A stretch of 64,000 bases of DNA from Candidatus Heimdallarchaeota archaeon (GTDB taxonomy: Archaea > Asgardarchaeota > Heimdallarchaeia > Hodarchaeales > Hodarchaeaceae): positions 2,578,155 through 2,642,154 of the forward strand of contig CP070695.1 in NCBI GenBank assembly GCA_020353515.1, written 5' to 3'. A program made the translations under genes and the position numbers. Each line of letters begins with the position of its first letter. The first letter of the stretch is position 1. A model generated the notes under the pieces. That model had not been told where the DNA came from, ran no database searches, and saw only the letters and a list, made by a program, of their open reading frames with translations. Shown one piece after another: positions 18,841 through 29,389 of the stretch.

Positions 18841-19857
18841 CTATAGAAATTGAACCTTTGAGTGGTCGCCAATATTTAAATCATGCCCTTTTCCGATTAA
18901 TTTAACCTCATCCCCAATAAGAGAATCATGAATGCTAGTATTATAAATTTGAGAACCGCTTCCAATAATCGAGGAGGAAATAATTGCCTTTTTAATAGCT
19001 GTACCTTTATCAATACTCACATACGGACCTATTATTGAGTCTGAAATATCACAATCTGGCTGGATCGCAATAGGTGGAATAAGGATCGTATTATTCAACT
19101 CACTTTCAACCGAGGATTTTTTATTTTTATCTAATACATATTTGTGTGCAGCTAAAAGAGCTTCCTTTTTGCCACAGTCAAACCATCTACCAGAGTCAAT
19201 TGCTCCAAGGATCAGGCCCTTATCTACCATAGCTTGAAGAGCATCTGTTAGTTGAATTTCTCCTCCACTACCAATTTGATTTGAGGTAACAAGTTCTTGT
19301 AAAGCGTTTTTTAACTCTAGAGAATCACGAATAATATATACCCCAGTAATAGCGAGTGATGATGTGGGATTTTCAGGCTTTTCTATTAACTGTTTCACTT
19401 CTTTAGATTTTTCGTGTGTATTTACTATACCATAAGCTTGAGGATTTGAAACTGACTTGACTGTGATTGCCCCACTCCAGTTGGGAAATTTATTGTATTC
19501 ATTTAACATCAAAGAAAAGGAATTCTCGTATAAACTATCACCAAGTGCTATAACCACAGGTTCTCCATCTAGAAATTCATTAGCGGTATATATTGCGTGA
19601 CCTAGTCCTCTACGATCCTTTTGTTCTATAAAGGTAAAATTACAAGTTTTTTTATAATTAGATTTGATAAAATTAATTAACTTGTCTTTCTCATAACCTA
19701 CAATAAGAATAATATCTTTAATGTTAGCTTCGATGATACTATCTATGATATGGGATATTAAGGGCTTATTTCCTAATGAAAGAAGTGCTTTTGGCTTCGT
19801 ATTGGTATGTGGCCGCATTCTTGTCCCTCTGCCAGCAGCAGGTATGATACAACGCAT
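18841..19857 (-). CDS. Sugar-1-phosphate nucleotidyltransferase
   Basis: IPAAGRGTRMRP, PK, EQ..GLGHA, LGD, EKP, EIQLTDAL, WFDCG; short LbH tail. Confidence 0.9.
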   Translation of the reverse strand: MRCIIPAAGRGTRMRPHTNTKPKALLSLGNKPLISHIIDSIIEANIKDIILIVGYEKDKLINFIKSNYKKTCNFTFIEQKDRRGLGHAIYTANEFLDGEPVVIALGDSLYENSFSLMLNEYNKFPNWSGAITVKSVSNPQAYGIVNTHEKSKEVKQLIEKPENPTSSLAITGVYIIRDSLELKNALQELVTSNQIGSGGEIQLTDALQAMVDKGLILGAIDSGRWFDCGKKEALLAAHKYVLDKNKKSSVESELNNTILIPPIAIQPDCDISDSIIGPYVSIDKGTAIKKAIISSSIIGSGSQIYNTSIHDSLIGDEVKLIGKGHDLNIGDHSKVQFL

Positions 19858-19956
19858 TATATTGACTCCTCAATTATTTAGTACTGGAATCGTTTTCATA
19901 ACTTATATGATACGATGTAGTTATATCCTTTTAATTCATTCTTCTTTTAGCAAAAT

Positions 19957-21018
19957 ATGATGTTATCACCAGAAATAGTCATAACAACAATTCTTACGTT
20001 AATAATTTCGATAGTCATAACTCGTGTTCTAATCCCATGGGTAATTCACTCTTGTACAAGTCAGGGAATCACAACAGTAGACGCTCATAAACCAAATAAG
20101 CCTGTTATCGCCGAAGCAGGAGGATTGGCGCCATTACTAGGATTTATTTTTACTATTCTCATCATTGTCTTTATTTGGGAAAATATCTCTTGGGAAAATG
20201 TAATGCCTCAAAAACAGCCAGAAATATTCGAACCTTTACTCGCGGGACTGCTGAGTGTTGTAATTGCTGGATTAATTGGTTTTTTAGATGATGTCTTCAA
20301 AATTCGATGGCGTGATAAAATATTATTAGGATTCTTACCAGCTATCCCATTAATGGCCTTGAAAGTTGGTACTAGTAAAATAAATTTTGGTTTTTTGGGG
20401 ATCATTGATTTTGGAAACCTGATCAGTTTACCTTATCCTATTGGATATATCAATCTATATTCTCTAATTATAATCCCTTTAATGGTAAATTTTGCATTTA
20501 ATTCTTTTAATATGCTTGCTGGGTTTAACGGCTTAGAAGTAGGGAATGGAACAATCTCCCTCGCCATTATTCTGATTGCAGCACTTTTTGTTGGTAACCC
20601 AATTGTTACATTATTTGTTACTTCGTTATTAGGTGGATTTCTTGTTTTACTTAGATATAATTGGTATCCTGCAAAGATTCTAATTGGTGATACAGGAACT
20701 CTAACTCTAGGAACAGGAATAGTTGTTGCTTTAATTATCGGCAATATGGATCGTTTAGCAGTGGGATTATTTGGATTGCACTTCATAAATTTTCTATTAT
20801 TTTTCGTCTACATTTATACTCATCAAACAGCAAAGATTGCTACTGTTAATGACGAAGGAAATATTGTAGCCCCATGCCCCTACACAGTATACTGGTTCTT
20901 ACCTTATTTCCTGAAAAATATTAGTGAAAGAAAGAACGTTGTCATTATTCTTCTAATTCATACAATTATTGCTCTTAGCATACTTATAATTTCGCTACCA
21001 GCGTTTACTCCTGCTTAA
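19957..21018 (+). CDS. aglH: UDP-GlcNAc:dolichyl-phosphate GlcNAc-1-P transferase (AglH/DPAGT1-like)
   Basis: DAHK..EAGG, GFLDD, NSFNMLAGFNGLE, YNWYPAKILIGDTG; multi-TM. Confidence 0.85.
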   Translation: MMLSPEIVITTILTLIISIVITRVLIPWVIHSCTSQGITTVDAHKPNKPVIAEAGGLAPLLGFIFTILIIVFIWENISWENVMPQKQPEIFEPLLAGLLSVVIAGLIGFLDDVFKIRWRDKILLGFLPAIPLMALKVGTSKINFGFLGIIDFGNLISLPYPIGYINLYSLIIIPLMVNFAFNSFNMLAGFNGLEVGNGTISLAIILIAALFVGNPIVTLFVTSLLGGFLVLLRYNWYPAKILIGDTGTLTLGTGIVVALIIGNMDRLAVGLFGLHFINFLLFFVYIYTHQTAKIATVNDEGNIVAPCPYTVYWFLPYFLKNISERKNVVIILLIHTIIALSILIISLPAFTPA

Positions 21019-21037
21019 TTACAAGGAGTATGCAAAT

Positions 21038-22648
21038 GTGCCCCCATCGTCTCAAGATACTCTGTTCAAAGCATTAGACGATCTTACACAAGCACTTATC
21101 ACTGATTCTCCCCCAACAAGAGCTAAACTTGAAACTCTTAAGCGAAAGGTTGCGAAACGATATCAATTGAAACGATTTGTTAAAAACTCGGAGATTCTTG
21201 ATTATATTCTCAATTTGGAGGGATTAACAGAAAAAAAGAAAGAGAACTTGACACAATTATTGCAAGTACGCAAAGTAAGGACAATAAGTGGAATTGCAGT
21301 CGTTGCAGTAATGACCAAACCCTCTCCCTGCCCAGGAAAGTGTATCTACTGTCCTGAAGTCGATGGAGCACCAAAATCTTATACAGGTAAGGAACCAGCT
21401 GCAATGAGGGGGGCTCAAAATGATTTTATTCCAAAAAAACAAGTCCAAGTAAGGCTGAATCAGCTTAACAGCATTGGACATCCTCTAGATAAAGTTCATC
21501 TTGTTATTATGGGAGGAACTTTTTTAGCAACTCCACTAGAATATCAAGAATATTTCGTAAAGGAATGTCTTGATGGTATCACTGGAAAAACATCGAAAGA
21601 TCTAAGAATAGCACAACAAAACGCAGAAACAAGTACCTATCGAAATGTTGGGATAACCTTTGAAACAAGGCCTGACTATTGTACCGATTTCCATGTAAAT
21701 AAAATTCTTGAATTAGGTGGTACATTTGTTGAAATTGGAATCCAGACTCTTTCTGATGACATCTTACAAATTATTCAGAGACACCATAATCTTAAAGAGG
21801 TTGAGGCAGCCGTAAGGTTTTCCAGAGATGGTGGATTAAAAGTTACAGTTCATATGATGCCTAACCTCTTCCAAACTCCTAATAAAGATAGGAAGATGTT
21901 TAGAAATCTCTATTCAGATCCCCGATTCATTCCAGACGCGGTTAAAATTTATCCAACCTTAGTTTTACGCGATACTCGTCTTTACGAGCTTTGGAAAAAT
22001 GGATCATATGTTCCCTATAGCTCAAACGAGGTTGTTGATGTAGTAGCCTCAATTAAATCTATAACACCTCCTTTCGTACGTATTCAACGAATTCAACGTG
22101 ATATCCCAGCATATCTCATTTTAGAAGGTGTTTGTCATGGGAATCTCCGCGAAATAGCCCGAAAAAGATTATCAGAACTAAATCAACAATGCTCCTGTAT
22201 TCGTTGCAGGGAGGTAGGGCATCAAACAAACTTAGGTGATCTTTCATGGCATGAGAAAGATCATGAATTTAATTTTCTTAAGTACCCTGCTTCTGATGGG
22301 ATTGAACACTTTATTTCTTTCGAAACTTCTGATAGAAAGACATTATTTGGATTCTTACGTCTTCGGGAGCCATCGAAATTTACATTCCGACCTGAAACAC
22401 TTGATCCTCCTGCTACAATCATCCGAGAGCTCCATGTTTATGGAAAACTCGTAAGAATTGGTAATCTCCCCAAGAAAATCGAATGGCAACACCGAGGTAT
22501 TGGTCAAAGATTGGTTTCTCTTGCAGAAGAGATCTCTCGTGAGAGAGGATATCAAAAAATCCTTGTAACATCGGGATTAGGTGTCCGAAATTATTATCGC
22601 AAATTAGGATTCGTCAAAAATGGAGTCTATATGGGAAAAAGGATCTAG
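21038..22648 (+). CDS. elp3: tRNA U34 acetyltransferase Elp3 (radical SAM + GNAT)
   Basis: CPGKCIYCP, KSYTG, MGGTF, ETRPD, KIYPTLV, RIQRDIP, RELHVYG, QHRGIG. Confidence 0.97.
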   Translation: MPPSSQDTLFKALDDLTQALITDSPPTRAKLETLKRKVAKRYQLKRFVKNSEILDYILNLEGLTEKKKENLTQLLQVRKVRTISGIAVVAVMTKPSPCPGKCIYCPEVDGAPKSYTGKEPAAMRGAQNDFIPKKQVQVRLNQLNSIGHPLDKVHLVIMGGTFLATPLEYQEYFVKECLDGITGKTSKDLRIAQQNAETSTYRNVGITFETRPDYCTDFHVNKILELGGTFVEIGIQTLSDDILQIIQRHHNLKEVEAAVRFSRDGGLKVTVHMMPNLFQTPNKDRKMFRNLYSDPRFIPDAVKIYPTLVLRDTRLYELWKNGSYVPYSSNEVVDVVASIKSITPPFVRIQRIQRDIPAYLILEGVCHGNLREIARKRLSELNQQCSCIRCREVGHQTNLGDLSWHEKDHEFNFLKYPASDGIEHFISFETSDRKTLFGFLRLREPSKFTFRPETLDPPATIIRELHVYGKLVRIGNLPKKIEWQHRGIGQRLVSLAEEISRERGYQKILVTSGLGVRNYYRKLGFVKNGVYMGKRI

Positions 22649-22668
22649 CCTTACTTTTTGAAAACCAC

Positions 22669-23556
22669 CTATTCTAATTTTGATAACATATCCCACTCGA
22701 ATTGAAGATCCTTCTTCAATTCCTCCACTTGTTGAGGATTCATTCGCTTGAACCGTCCTTGTTTTCCGAAGTATTCTTCTACGGGTAAGCGATTACTTGG
22801 ATCACGATATTTAGCTCCACGGCGACTGAATGTGAGTTTTCCGTTTTCAATTTCATAGAGGGGAAAATAACCTGTTTTCACGGCTAATTTTCCAAGTTCT
22901 GGAGTGATAGCTGGTTCTGAATTCCAACCCGTTGGACATGGAGCATCTATCAAAATAAATCGGTAACCTTCTATGTTTGCTGCTTTTTTTGCTTTAGTAT
23001 GCAAGTCACGGGGATATCCTATTGACGCAGTTGCGATATAGGGCACATCATGAGCTGCCATTATGCGAGTAACACTCTTTCGTTTCTCTTGTTTTCCTAT
23101 TGGAGTAGTAGTGGTAGTTGCACCACGAGGTGTAGCGCCACTTCGCTGAGCACCAGTATTGCTATAGAACCCATTATCGTAACAAAAATGAATTATATCC
23201 TCGTTTCTTTCGGCTGCTCCAGACCAAGTAGCTACACCTATATCATATGTTCCGCCATCTCCAGACCAGACCACTGTCGTCGCCTTTTCCCCTCTCCTTT
23301 TTTTAGCCCGAGAAATGCCAGAAGCAGCTGCAGCATGCGCAGCAAAGGCTATATTCAAGGTGGGAACATTGTAAGTGACATTAGGGTGCAAACTCTGGAT
23401 TACAGAGGCGCAGCATGCTGGAATCACAACTATTGGGCGATCTAACGCTGATATAGCAGTACGATATGCTATAGAAAGCCCACATCCCGCACAAGCAAAA
23501 TTCCCTCTCAATAAAACTTCTGGACGATCCATCATTTCTTTTATTTTAACACTCAT
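22669..23556 (-). CDS. porB: 2-oxoacid (pyruvate):ferredoxin oxidoreductase beta subunit
   Basis: ACAGCG, TPP motif GDGGTYDIG...YDN, NTGAQRS, PCPTGW. Confidence 0.9.
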   Translation of the reverse strand: MSVKIKEMMDRPEVLLRGNFACAGCGLSIAYRTAISALDRPIVVIPACCASVIQSLHPNVTYNVPTLNIAFAAHAAAASGISRAKKRRGEKATTVVWSGDGGTYDIGVATWSGAAERNEDIIHFCYDNGFYSNTGAQRSGATPRGATTTTTPIGKQEKRKSVTRIMAAHDVPYIATASIGYPRDLHTKAKKAANIEGYRFILIDAPCPTGWNSEPAITPELGKLAVKTGYFPLYEIENGKLTFSRRGAKYRDPSNRLPVEEYFGKQGRFKRMNPQQVEELKKDLQFEWDMLSKLE

Positions 23557-23566
23557 GGTTCATTCC

Positions 23567-24715
23567 TCACATAATTTTCTCTACATCATTTACGATGTCC
23601 ATGTAAGTAACATCTTTCCCTCCTAAACCTCTGATAATTTGGTGAAATTCAATATCTACCTTATTTGCATATAATTCAGCTTGGATTTCAATTGCAAGCT
23701 GACCTGCATTACCAAATGAGACAGATCGATCTATGACTAGGACTTTTGGCACCTTCTTTAAGGCAGCAATTAATTCTTTCTTCGGAAACGGCCGAATAAC
23801 TCGTGGTCGAATAACAACGGCTTTGATGTTTTTCTTACTTAACACCTCTAATGACTGTTCGGCTTCTTCACCAAGAGTACCAATTGCTATAATAGCAACC
23901 ATTGCGTTGTTAATCTCACCTACAATTTCTATCATGTCTTTGCTTAATCTGCCGAATCTCTCGTAATATTCTTGGAAAACTTTAGGGATAATGACTCGTG
24001 CGTTATTAAATCCGTCTATCAATGACATTCTTAGCTCCCAAATTCCCTCAGAATCAGTAAGGGATCCGTGAGAAAAAGGATCATCAGGATCCAACATCAC
24101 AAGGGGTGTAAAGGCTGGTAGAAACTCATCGACTTCTTCTTGTGCTGGAATTTCTACCTGAGCTGAGGTATGACTCAAGATGAATCCATCCAAGCAGATC
24201 ATTACAGGCATCCAAACCTTGTGATGTTCTGCAATTTTAAAAGCACAGAGGGTTAGGTCTAATACTTCCTGATTATTTTTTGCATAAAATTGGATCCACC
24301 CTGCATCTCTAAAAGTCATTGAATCTTGGTGGTCTGGCCATATATTCCAAGGGTTCAGAGAACGATTAACAACTGGCATCACAATAGGTACTCGTGTCAC
24401 TCCTGCCCACCAAACTAATTCACCCATGTAGAGAAGACCATGAGCACTGGTTGCAGTGAATGTTCGCACACCTCCTAATGAAGCCCCGATGGCAGCTGCC
24501 ATTGCACTATGTTCACTTTCAACATTTACAAAGTCACAATCAAACTCTCCCCGTGCAATCATAGCGGATATTGTCTCAACGATAAGTGTTTGAGGAGTAA
24601 TGGGATAAGCTGGTATTACTTGTGGTCTTGCTAGTTTTGCTGCTGTTGCTACAGCTGCATTACCAGTTAATAATTCTGTAGTCGCTTTTTTTGTCGCTTG
24701 TACCATTTCTTTCAC
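23567..24715 (-). CDS. porA: 2-oxoacid (pyruvate):ferredoxin oxidoreductase alpha subunit
   Basis: GNAAVA, YPITPQT, ESEHSA, TATS, NR, DGFILSH. Confidence 0.9.
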   Translation of the reverse strand: MKEMVQATKKATTELLTGNAAVATAAKLARPQVIPAYPITPQTLIVETISAMIARGEFDCDFVNVESEHSAMAAAIGASLGGVRTFTATSAHGLLYMGELVWWAGVTRVPIVMPVVNRSLNPWNIWPDHQDSMTFRDAGWIQFYAKNNQEVLDLTLCAFKIAEHHKVWMPVMICLDGFILSHTSAQVEIPAQEEVDEFLPAFTPLVMLDPDDPFSHGSLTDSEGIWELRMSLIDGFNNARVIIPKVFQEYYERFGRLSKDMIEIVGEINNAMVAIIAIGTLGEEAEQSLEVLSKKNIKAVVIRPRVIRPFPKKELIAALKKVPKVLVIDRSVSFGNAGQLAIEIQAELYANKVDIEFHQIIRGLGGKDVTYMDIVNDVEKIM

Positions 24716-25018
24716 CTACTCTTTCTCCATTATCAACGCATCAGCAGGACAGACATGTACACATACTCCACAGCCCTTACAATAAACGTAATCGACGTAT
24801 GGGTATTCTCCTTTTGCATCAACACGTATAGTCCCTTCAGGACAATTCATCCAGCACTGATAGCATTTTGTGCACTGGTCTTCAATAAAAACTGGTCTAC
24901 TTGTTCGCCAATTACCAGTTGTACCTGGCCCTGGAGCAGAGCCTACTGTTGGTCTACCTAATGGTAAAACAGGATCCTTCATCTTACTTTCATTTTCCAT
25001 CATTCTGACCTCGCACAT
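24716..25018 (-). CDS. porD: 2-oxoacid:ferredoxin oxidoreductase delta subunit (2x[4Fe-4S]); true start may be slightly downstream
   Basis: TGNWRTSRP, CTKCYQCWMNCP, CKGCGVCVHVCP. Confidence 0.9.
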   Translation of the reverse strand: MCEVRMMENESKMKDPVLPLGRPTVGSAPGPGTTGNWRTSRPVFIEDQCTKCYQCWMNCPEGTIRVDAKGEYPYVDYVYCKGCGVCVHVCPADALIMEKE

Positions 25019-25584
25019 TAATTAATAAAAGTAAACCTCTCATACGCCATTTTTATTGATCGAATATTGGCCTCAGCGAGTTCTCCTTCTCCAAATTGAT
25101 GTTTAACAGCATTTATTAACGCCTCTAAGTCAACTAATCCTGTAGCTTTAGCCCATGCTCCTAACATTGTAGTACTCACCATCACTGTTCCTGATTTGAC
25201 CAATCCACATTCTAGTGCGATATCTACTGCGTCAACCTTCCCGATCTTGATATTTCTTTTATCTTCTAGAACAGGAGGAACTTCTTTTGAGTTAAGTACT
25301 ATGATTGTACCTGGAGTAATATCCTCGAATGGCATTGTTTCAACTAATGAAGGTTCTAACACAATCCAGCTATGAGTGTTCTCTGTAATTACTGGTGCAT
25401 GAGTCTTTACATGCTCATCAGATATTCGCACATCAGCAAAAAGAGGAGCGCCTTTCCGTTCAGCACCATATTTGGGAATCGCTTGTACGAATTTTCCACC
25501 AAGATGGCCACTATATGCCAAAACTTTCGCTGATGTGACTCCACCCTGTCCTCCCCTACTTAGAATCCGAATTTCAGTCATCAT
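25018..25584 (-). CDS. porG: 2-oxoacid:ferredoxin oxidoreductase gamma subunit
   Basis: EIRILSRGGQGGVT, YGAERKGAP. Confidence 0.9.
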   Translation of the reverse strand: MMTEIRILSRGGQGGVTSAKVLAYSGHLGGKFVQAIPKYGAERKGAPLFADVRISDEHVKTHAPVITENTHSWIVLEPSLVETMPFEDITPGTIIVLNSKEVPPVLEDKRNIKIGKVDAVDIALECGLVKSGTVMVSTTMLGAWAKATGLVDLEALINAVKHQFGEGELAEANIRSIKMAYERFTFIN

Positions 25585-25801
25585 CCTTTTTCCATCCAGA
25601 AAAAAGAGCCCTTAAAATTTTCCAGACTTATATAAATCTATTTAGATATACAGTACATCCAAAGATTTACAAGTGATACATTTTAATGCCCTTTTAAGAA
25701 GTATTCGGGGGTGTCTTCCAAACTCATCTTCAGTATAATTTATTTTTTAAGGCCTTTCATCGAAGAGATTGGCTGTTCTTCTTTTATTAGTCAAAAGAGA
25801 G

Positions 25802-25906
25802 TGGACCGAGTGGGATTTGGACCCACGACCTCCTGCATTAAGGATTCCTATCCAAGAGATTAGAATTTGCCAAGCAGGCGCTACTACCAAGCTGAGCTAT
25901 CGGCCC
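25802..25906 (-). tRNA. tRNA-Ala(GGC) with 30-nt intron at position 37/38 (intron 25838-25867)
   Basis: Reverse complement GGGCCGATAGCTCAGCTTGGTAGTAGCGCCTGCTTGGCA[intron]TGCAGGAGGTCGTGGGTCCAAATCCCACTCGGTCCA; G3:U70 pair, discriminator A, no encoded CCA. Confidence 0.93.
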
Positions 25907-26280
25907 AGTAATTTTTACCACGTGAGGGATAAGTATTTTTGATTTTTTCCAATTAAGCACAGATTATATAACTAATTTTATGCCTTATCTAAACTTTCAA
26001 ATGAGAATTTCTTCGAATGAACTCAATTCAGCCAGTCTTTTTTTTCAAAATTGTAGTAATATATTTCTAATGAATTAGTTCATTCATTACAACAAAAATT
26101 CTTGATGTAAGCTATATAAGAAAAATTAAAAAGGTGTTTCACATATTTTAAGCAAAAAACTTCAATCGAACAAACAAATAAAGGAAGTAGGAAGAGATAT
26201 TAATACCGATATGAACTCTTTTAAAGGATGGAATTGCTCTCCCTCCCATAGACGATTATTAATAAGAGAAGGATCATAAT

Positions 26281-27054
26281 ATGTCTCACACTTATTGTAC
26301 GAATTGCGGGAAAGAAATTAGCATAACTGCTCGTTTTTGTCGATTTTGTGGATCCCCTGTGAAGAAATCTCGGAGTACAGCTCCAAGTCCTGAACCTGTT
26401 TCACCTCCACTCAGTGCACCTCCTGCACCGATGAGAGAACCAGTCATCGCACCTTCTGAAGTTACTGAAAAAATACCAAATGATATTATAGAATTGCTTT
26501 ATTCACGGAAAAGAAAAGACCAAATTAAAGCTGAATTAAAAAAACTCCTTGATCAGATTGATGAATTAACAAAAAAAGTTGAGATTGGTCTTATCACTGA
26601 AGACGAATCTACACAAAAGATTGAAGAAATCCAATCTAATATTACTACACTTCAAGAAGAGAAGAAGGTTCTCCAGACTCAGCCTCTAGCACTTGAAACT
26701 CTGGTTGAAGATGAGAAACTATGGCACAAACGTCTCGAAAAAATTGAAGAGAAAAAACGAGCTCAAGTAGTTTCTAGTGATGTCTACACCTCTCTTCGAG
26801 ATGAATATTCTTCAGAATTGGCTGTTGTTCAGCAGAAACTAGCTGTTGAGGAGCGCAAGGCAAGAAGATGGCTTGTTGACCTACAAAAAGATTCAAGAGA
26901 ACTTGAAGCAAAAGTTGAACAAATTCGAGTCCGTGGAGAGATAGAGGGCTTGAGTAAAGAAGAGATCACTAAAAAAACAGAGGATTTGACTTTACAACGG
27001 GTTAAAAAATCAACTGCTTCCGAGGTTCTTACACAGATCTTAGGTTCACTTTAG
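26281..27054 (+). CDS. Zinc-ribbon + CdvA-like coiled-coil protein
   Basis: CTNCG...FCRFCG; Pro linker; KRLEKIEEKKRAQVVSSDVYTSLRDEY...VRGEIEGLSKEE pattern. Confidence 0.6.
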   Translation: MSHTYCTNCGKEISITARFCRFCGSPVKKSRSTAPSPEPVSPPLSAPPAPMREPVIAPSEVTEKIPNDIIELLYSRKRKDQIKAELKKLLDQIDELTKKVEIGLITEDESTQKIEEIQSNITTLQEEKKVLQTQPLALETLVEDEKLWHKRLEKIEEKKRAQVVSSDVYTSLRDEYSSELAVVQQKLAVEERKARRWLVDLQKDSRELEAKVEQIRVRGEIEGLSKEEITKKTEDLTLQRVKKSTASEVLTQILGSL

Positions 27055-28331
27055 TACAGAAATGCTTCAATCTTTTCCTTATCTATATCTATTTCTTGGG
27101 CAAGGGAGTCAATTTTTTCCTTTAATTTTGGAATTTCTTGTTTTAACAAAGCAGTAAAAACTTCTTTTTCTTCGAATTCTTGTATCTTAGTTTGAGCTTC
27201 AACATAGTGAGAATTTTGTTGTAAATGCTTCTCTACTTCGATAAGTTCCTCCTCAAGTTTTCGTAGACGAGCAAATTTCTCTAAAACATCTTTTAATACA
27301 ATGAATTGCCGCAATTCGATTGGATCCTCGAATTTAAACCAACTTTTTCCACTTAATAATTCGAAACCATGCGTTTCGATAATGAAAACGATTTTTCGCC
27401 ACAAAATCTCGTCTAATCCTTGAAACTTACTTGGTTCTAATATCAATCCAAGCAAATCCTCTTTTTCTTCTATACTGCGGCTTTCACGTCGTTCGATCAT
27501 TTTCATATAGCGTTCGAGGCTAGTTGTAATAATCCTTAGAAATAATGAAAGGTCTGGATCTGAAAAAAGCTGTTCTTTTTCATTAATGATTTCAAGAATT
27601 TTACTATTTTTCCTTTGAGAGGCAATTTCTTCTCTAAATCGAGGTAATTCTTCATTTAATTCTTTTAATTCAGTTTCAATTCTCTTTAAATCATCTTTTT
27701 TCCCTTTAAGTTGGGTTTGAATTATGATTTTTTCGGAATGTTTTTGAGTCAAGGGATTTAGCAATCTAAAGAGAGAATCAAAGAATTCCTTTCCATCAGA
27801 GTCATCAACTATGAAAAGAGTTTGCTTTTTTATAACATCTTTAAGTATAAATGAAAAGTCATTTTCATCGAGTGGTTTTAGATAAGATTTTCGGGCGCTA
27901 AAAATTATCCTGATGTCTTTCTGAGTTTTTATCTGAGGTTTTGGACTTTTCTTAAATTCAAGCTCAATTTTTTTGTGATCGAAATCTACAACTTCGAGTT
28001 CTTTTCGATATCCTCTACGAGATCGTGACTTCAATTGAGAAATTATCTGGTATTGATGTAGGTTATCAAAAATTTCCTTACATGTTTTTCCATATCTGAA
28101 AATATCTGCAGTAGATTCAGGTATTTTTTCATCTGAGTCTTGTGCGGTTAAGATAATGTCCTTGGATTTTTCAATTAATACGAGAGTACTATCCCCTAAA
28201 CGGAAACCCTTTTTTCCAGAGGTAATTTTCAGATGATTTTTTGGGAAGAATTTAGAACATGTATTAAATAATCGTTGTCTTGTATACTCTTTAGAATCAA
28301 ATTTAGTGACCATAACATAAATTCCCTTCAA
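27051..28331 (-). CDS. Hypothetical protein with coiled-coil segments
   Basis: 426-aa ORF; heptad-rich C-terminal half. Confidence 0.7.
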   Translation of the reverse strand: MKGIYVMVTKFDSKEYTRQRLFNTCSKFFPKNHLKITSGKKGFRLGDSTLVLIEKSKDIILTAQDSDEKIPESTADIFRYGKTCKEIFDNLHQYQIISQLKSRSRRGYRKELEVVDFDHKKIELEFKKSPKPQIKTQKDIRIIFSARKSYLKPLDENDFSFILKDVIKKQTLFIVDDSDGKEFFDSLFRLLNPLTQKHSEKIIIQTQLKGKKDDLKRIETELKELNEELPRFREEIASQRKNSKILEIINEKEQLFSDPDLSLFLRIITTSLERYMKMIERRESRSIEEKEDLLGLILEPSKFQGLDEILWRKIVFIIETHGFELLSGKSWFKFEDPIELRQFIVLKDVLEKFARLRKLEEELIEVEKHLQQNSHYVEAQTKIQEFEEKEVFTALLKQEIPKLKEKIDSLAQEIDIDKEKIEAFLY

Positions 28332-28394
28332 TTTATATTTCTTATTGATAATAAGGGAAATACTTCGCTAGGAATATTGCGTGATCTTCATATT

Positions 28395-29078
28395 TCATAC
28401 AGGTTCAGGAGTGAGAATTTCCCAGTCACTCATTCTCAGATTCAGCATCATATCTTCTCCATCAGGACATTCAATCCTTAGGACTAGCTGCTTTTTACTT
28501 TGTAAAATGACTTCCGGATGTAAACATCCTTCTCGTAGCTTTTCTAATAAGAAGCGAACATAAGAATCAGAAATAACAGTTAACGATCCATCCTGTAAAT
28601 TTTCAGCCATTTGTCCAGGATAAATTTGAACTTTACGCCCAGTCCGTTTAGTTGTAACCAGGTTCACATTTTCTAACCGATTTAGATGGTATCTTACTGT
28701 ATCATGATGAACCGTAGGGCTGATTCCTTGGGCAATTTGACTTTGAAACGCACCTGGATTATTTAATACATAGTTGAAGATTTTCTTGGCTGTTTTTGGC
28801 CTTAATACTGCGAAAATACGTTCAGCTTCAGCAGAGCGTAAGCCCGCGGGATAATAAATCCGTTTTCCAGCGTATTTAAGCGATTTAATTAGATGATCTT
28901 CCTCTAAACGTTTTAGATGCCAATTTAAAGTCCCCTGAGGCAATTCTAGATATTTTGCTAAATCGAAGAAGTAGGAACCAGGATTTTCTGCAAGGATTGA
29001 ATAAATCTTTCGTCGAAGCGGATGTAAAAGGAGACTAATATCTCTGTCATCAGATGCAAACGTCATATTATGATTCAT
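28395..29078 (-). CDS. Double winged-HTH (ArsR-like) transcription regulator
   Basis: HPLRRKIYSILAENPG...GTLNWHLKRLEE and KIFNYVLNNPG...TVRYHLNRLE. Confidence 0.85.
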   Translation of the reverse strand: MNHNMTFASDDRDISLLLHPLRRKIYSILAENPGSYFFDLAKYLELPQGTLNWHLKRLEEDHLIKSLKYAGKRIYYPAGLRSAEAERIFAVLRPKTAKKIFNYVLNNPGAFQSQIAQGISPTVHHDTVRYHLNRLENVNLVTTKRTGRKVQIYPGQMAENLQDGSLTVISDSYVRFLLEKLREGCLHPEVILQSKKQLVLRIECPDGEDMMLNLRMSDWEILTPEPV

Positions 29079-29389
29079 CTTCCTCGTAGAATTTTAATTT
29101 AACGATAGAAGTGTTTAATGGAGCTCTTTAATAGGAACTGTTAATTAGGGTTTTTGTGTAGCTCACTGTTTTTATTTTTTCTTTTTATACATTATCTATA
29201 TACCCTAGTCGAACAGAAAATTATCATGGCCGTGGAACTCTCAGTGGTTCTAGTTTTTGTTAAAATAGAGATTTTGTATTTTAGAGGCAAAAAACAATGA
29301 AAATAAAACTAGGCGAAATCAGTAGACGGATAAATGAGGAGGAGGATGTACCTCTCATAATCCAATCTAATCAAATTAAAAAAAAGGAA

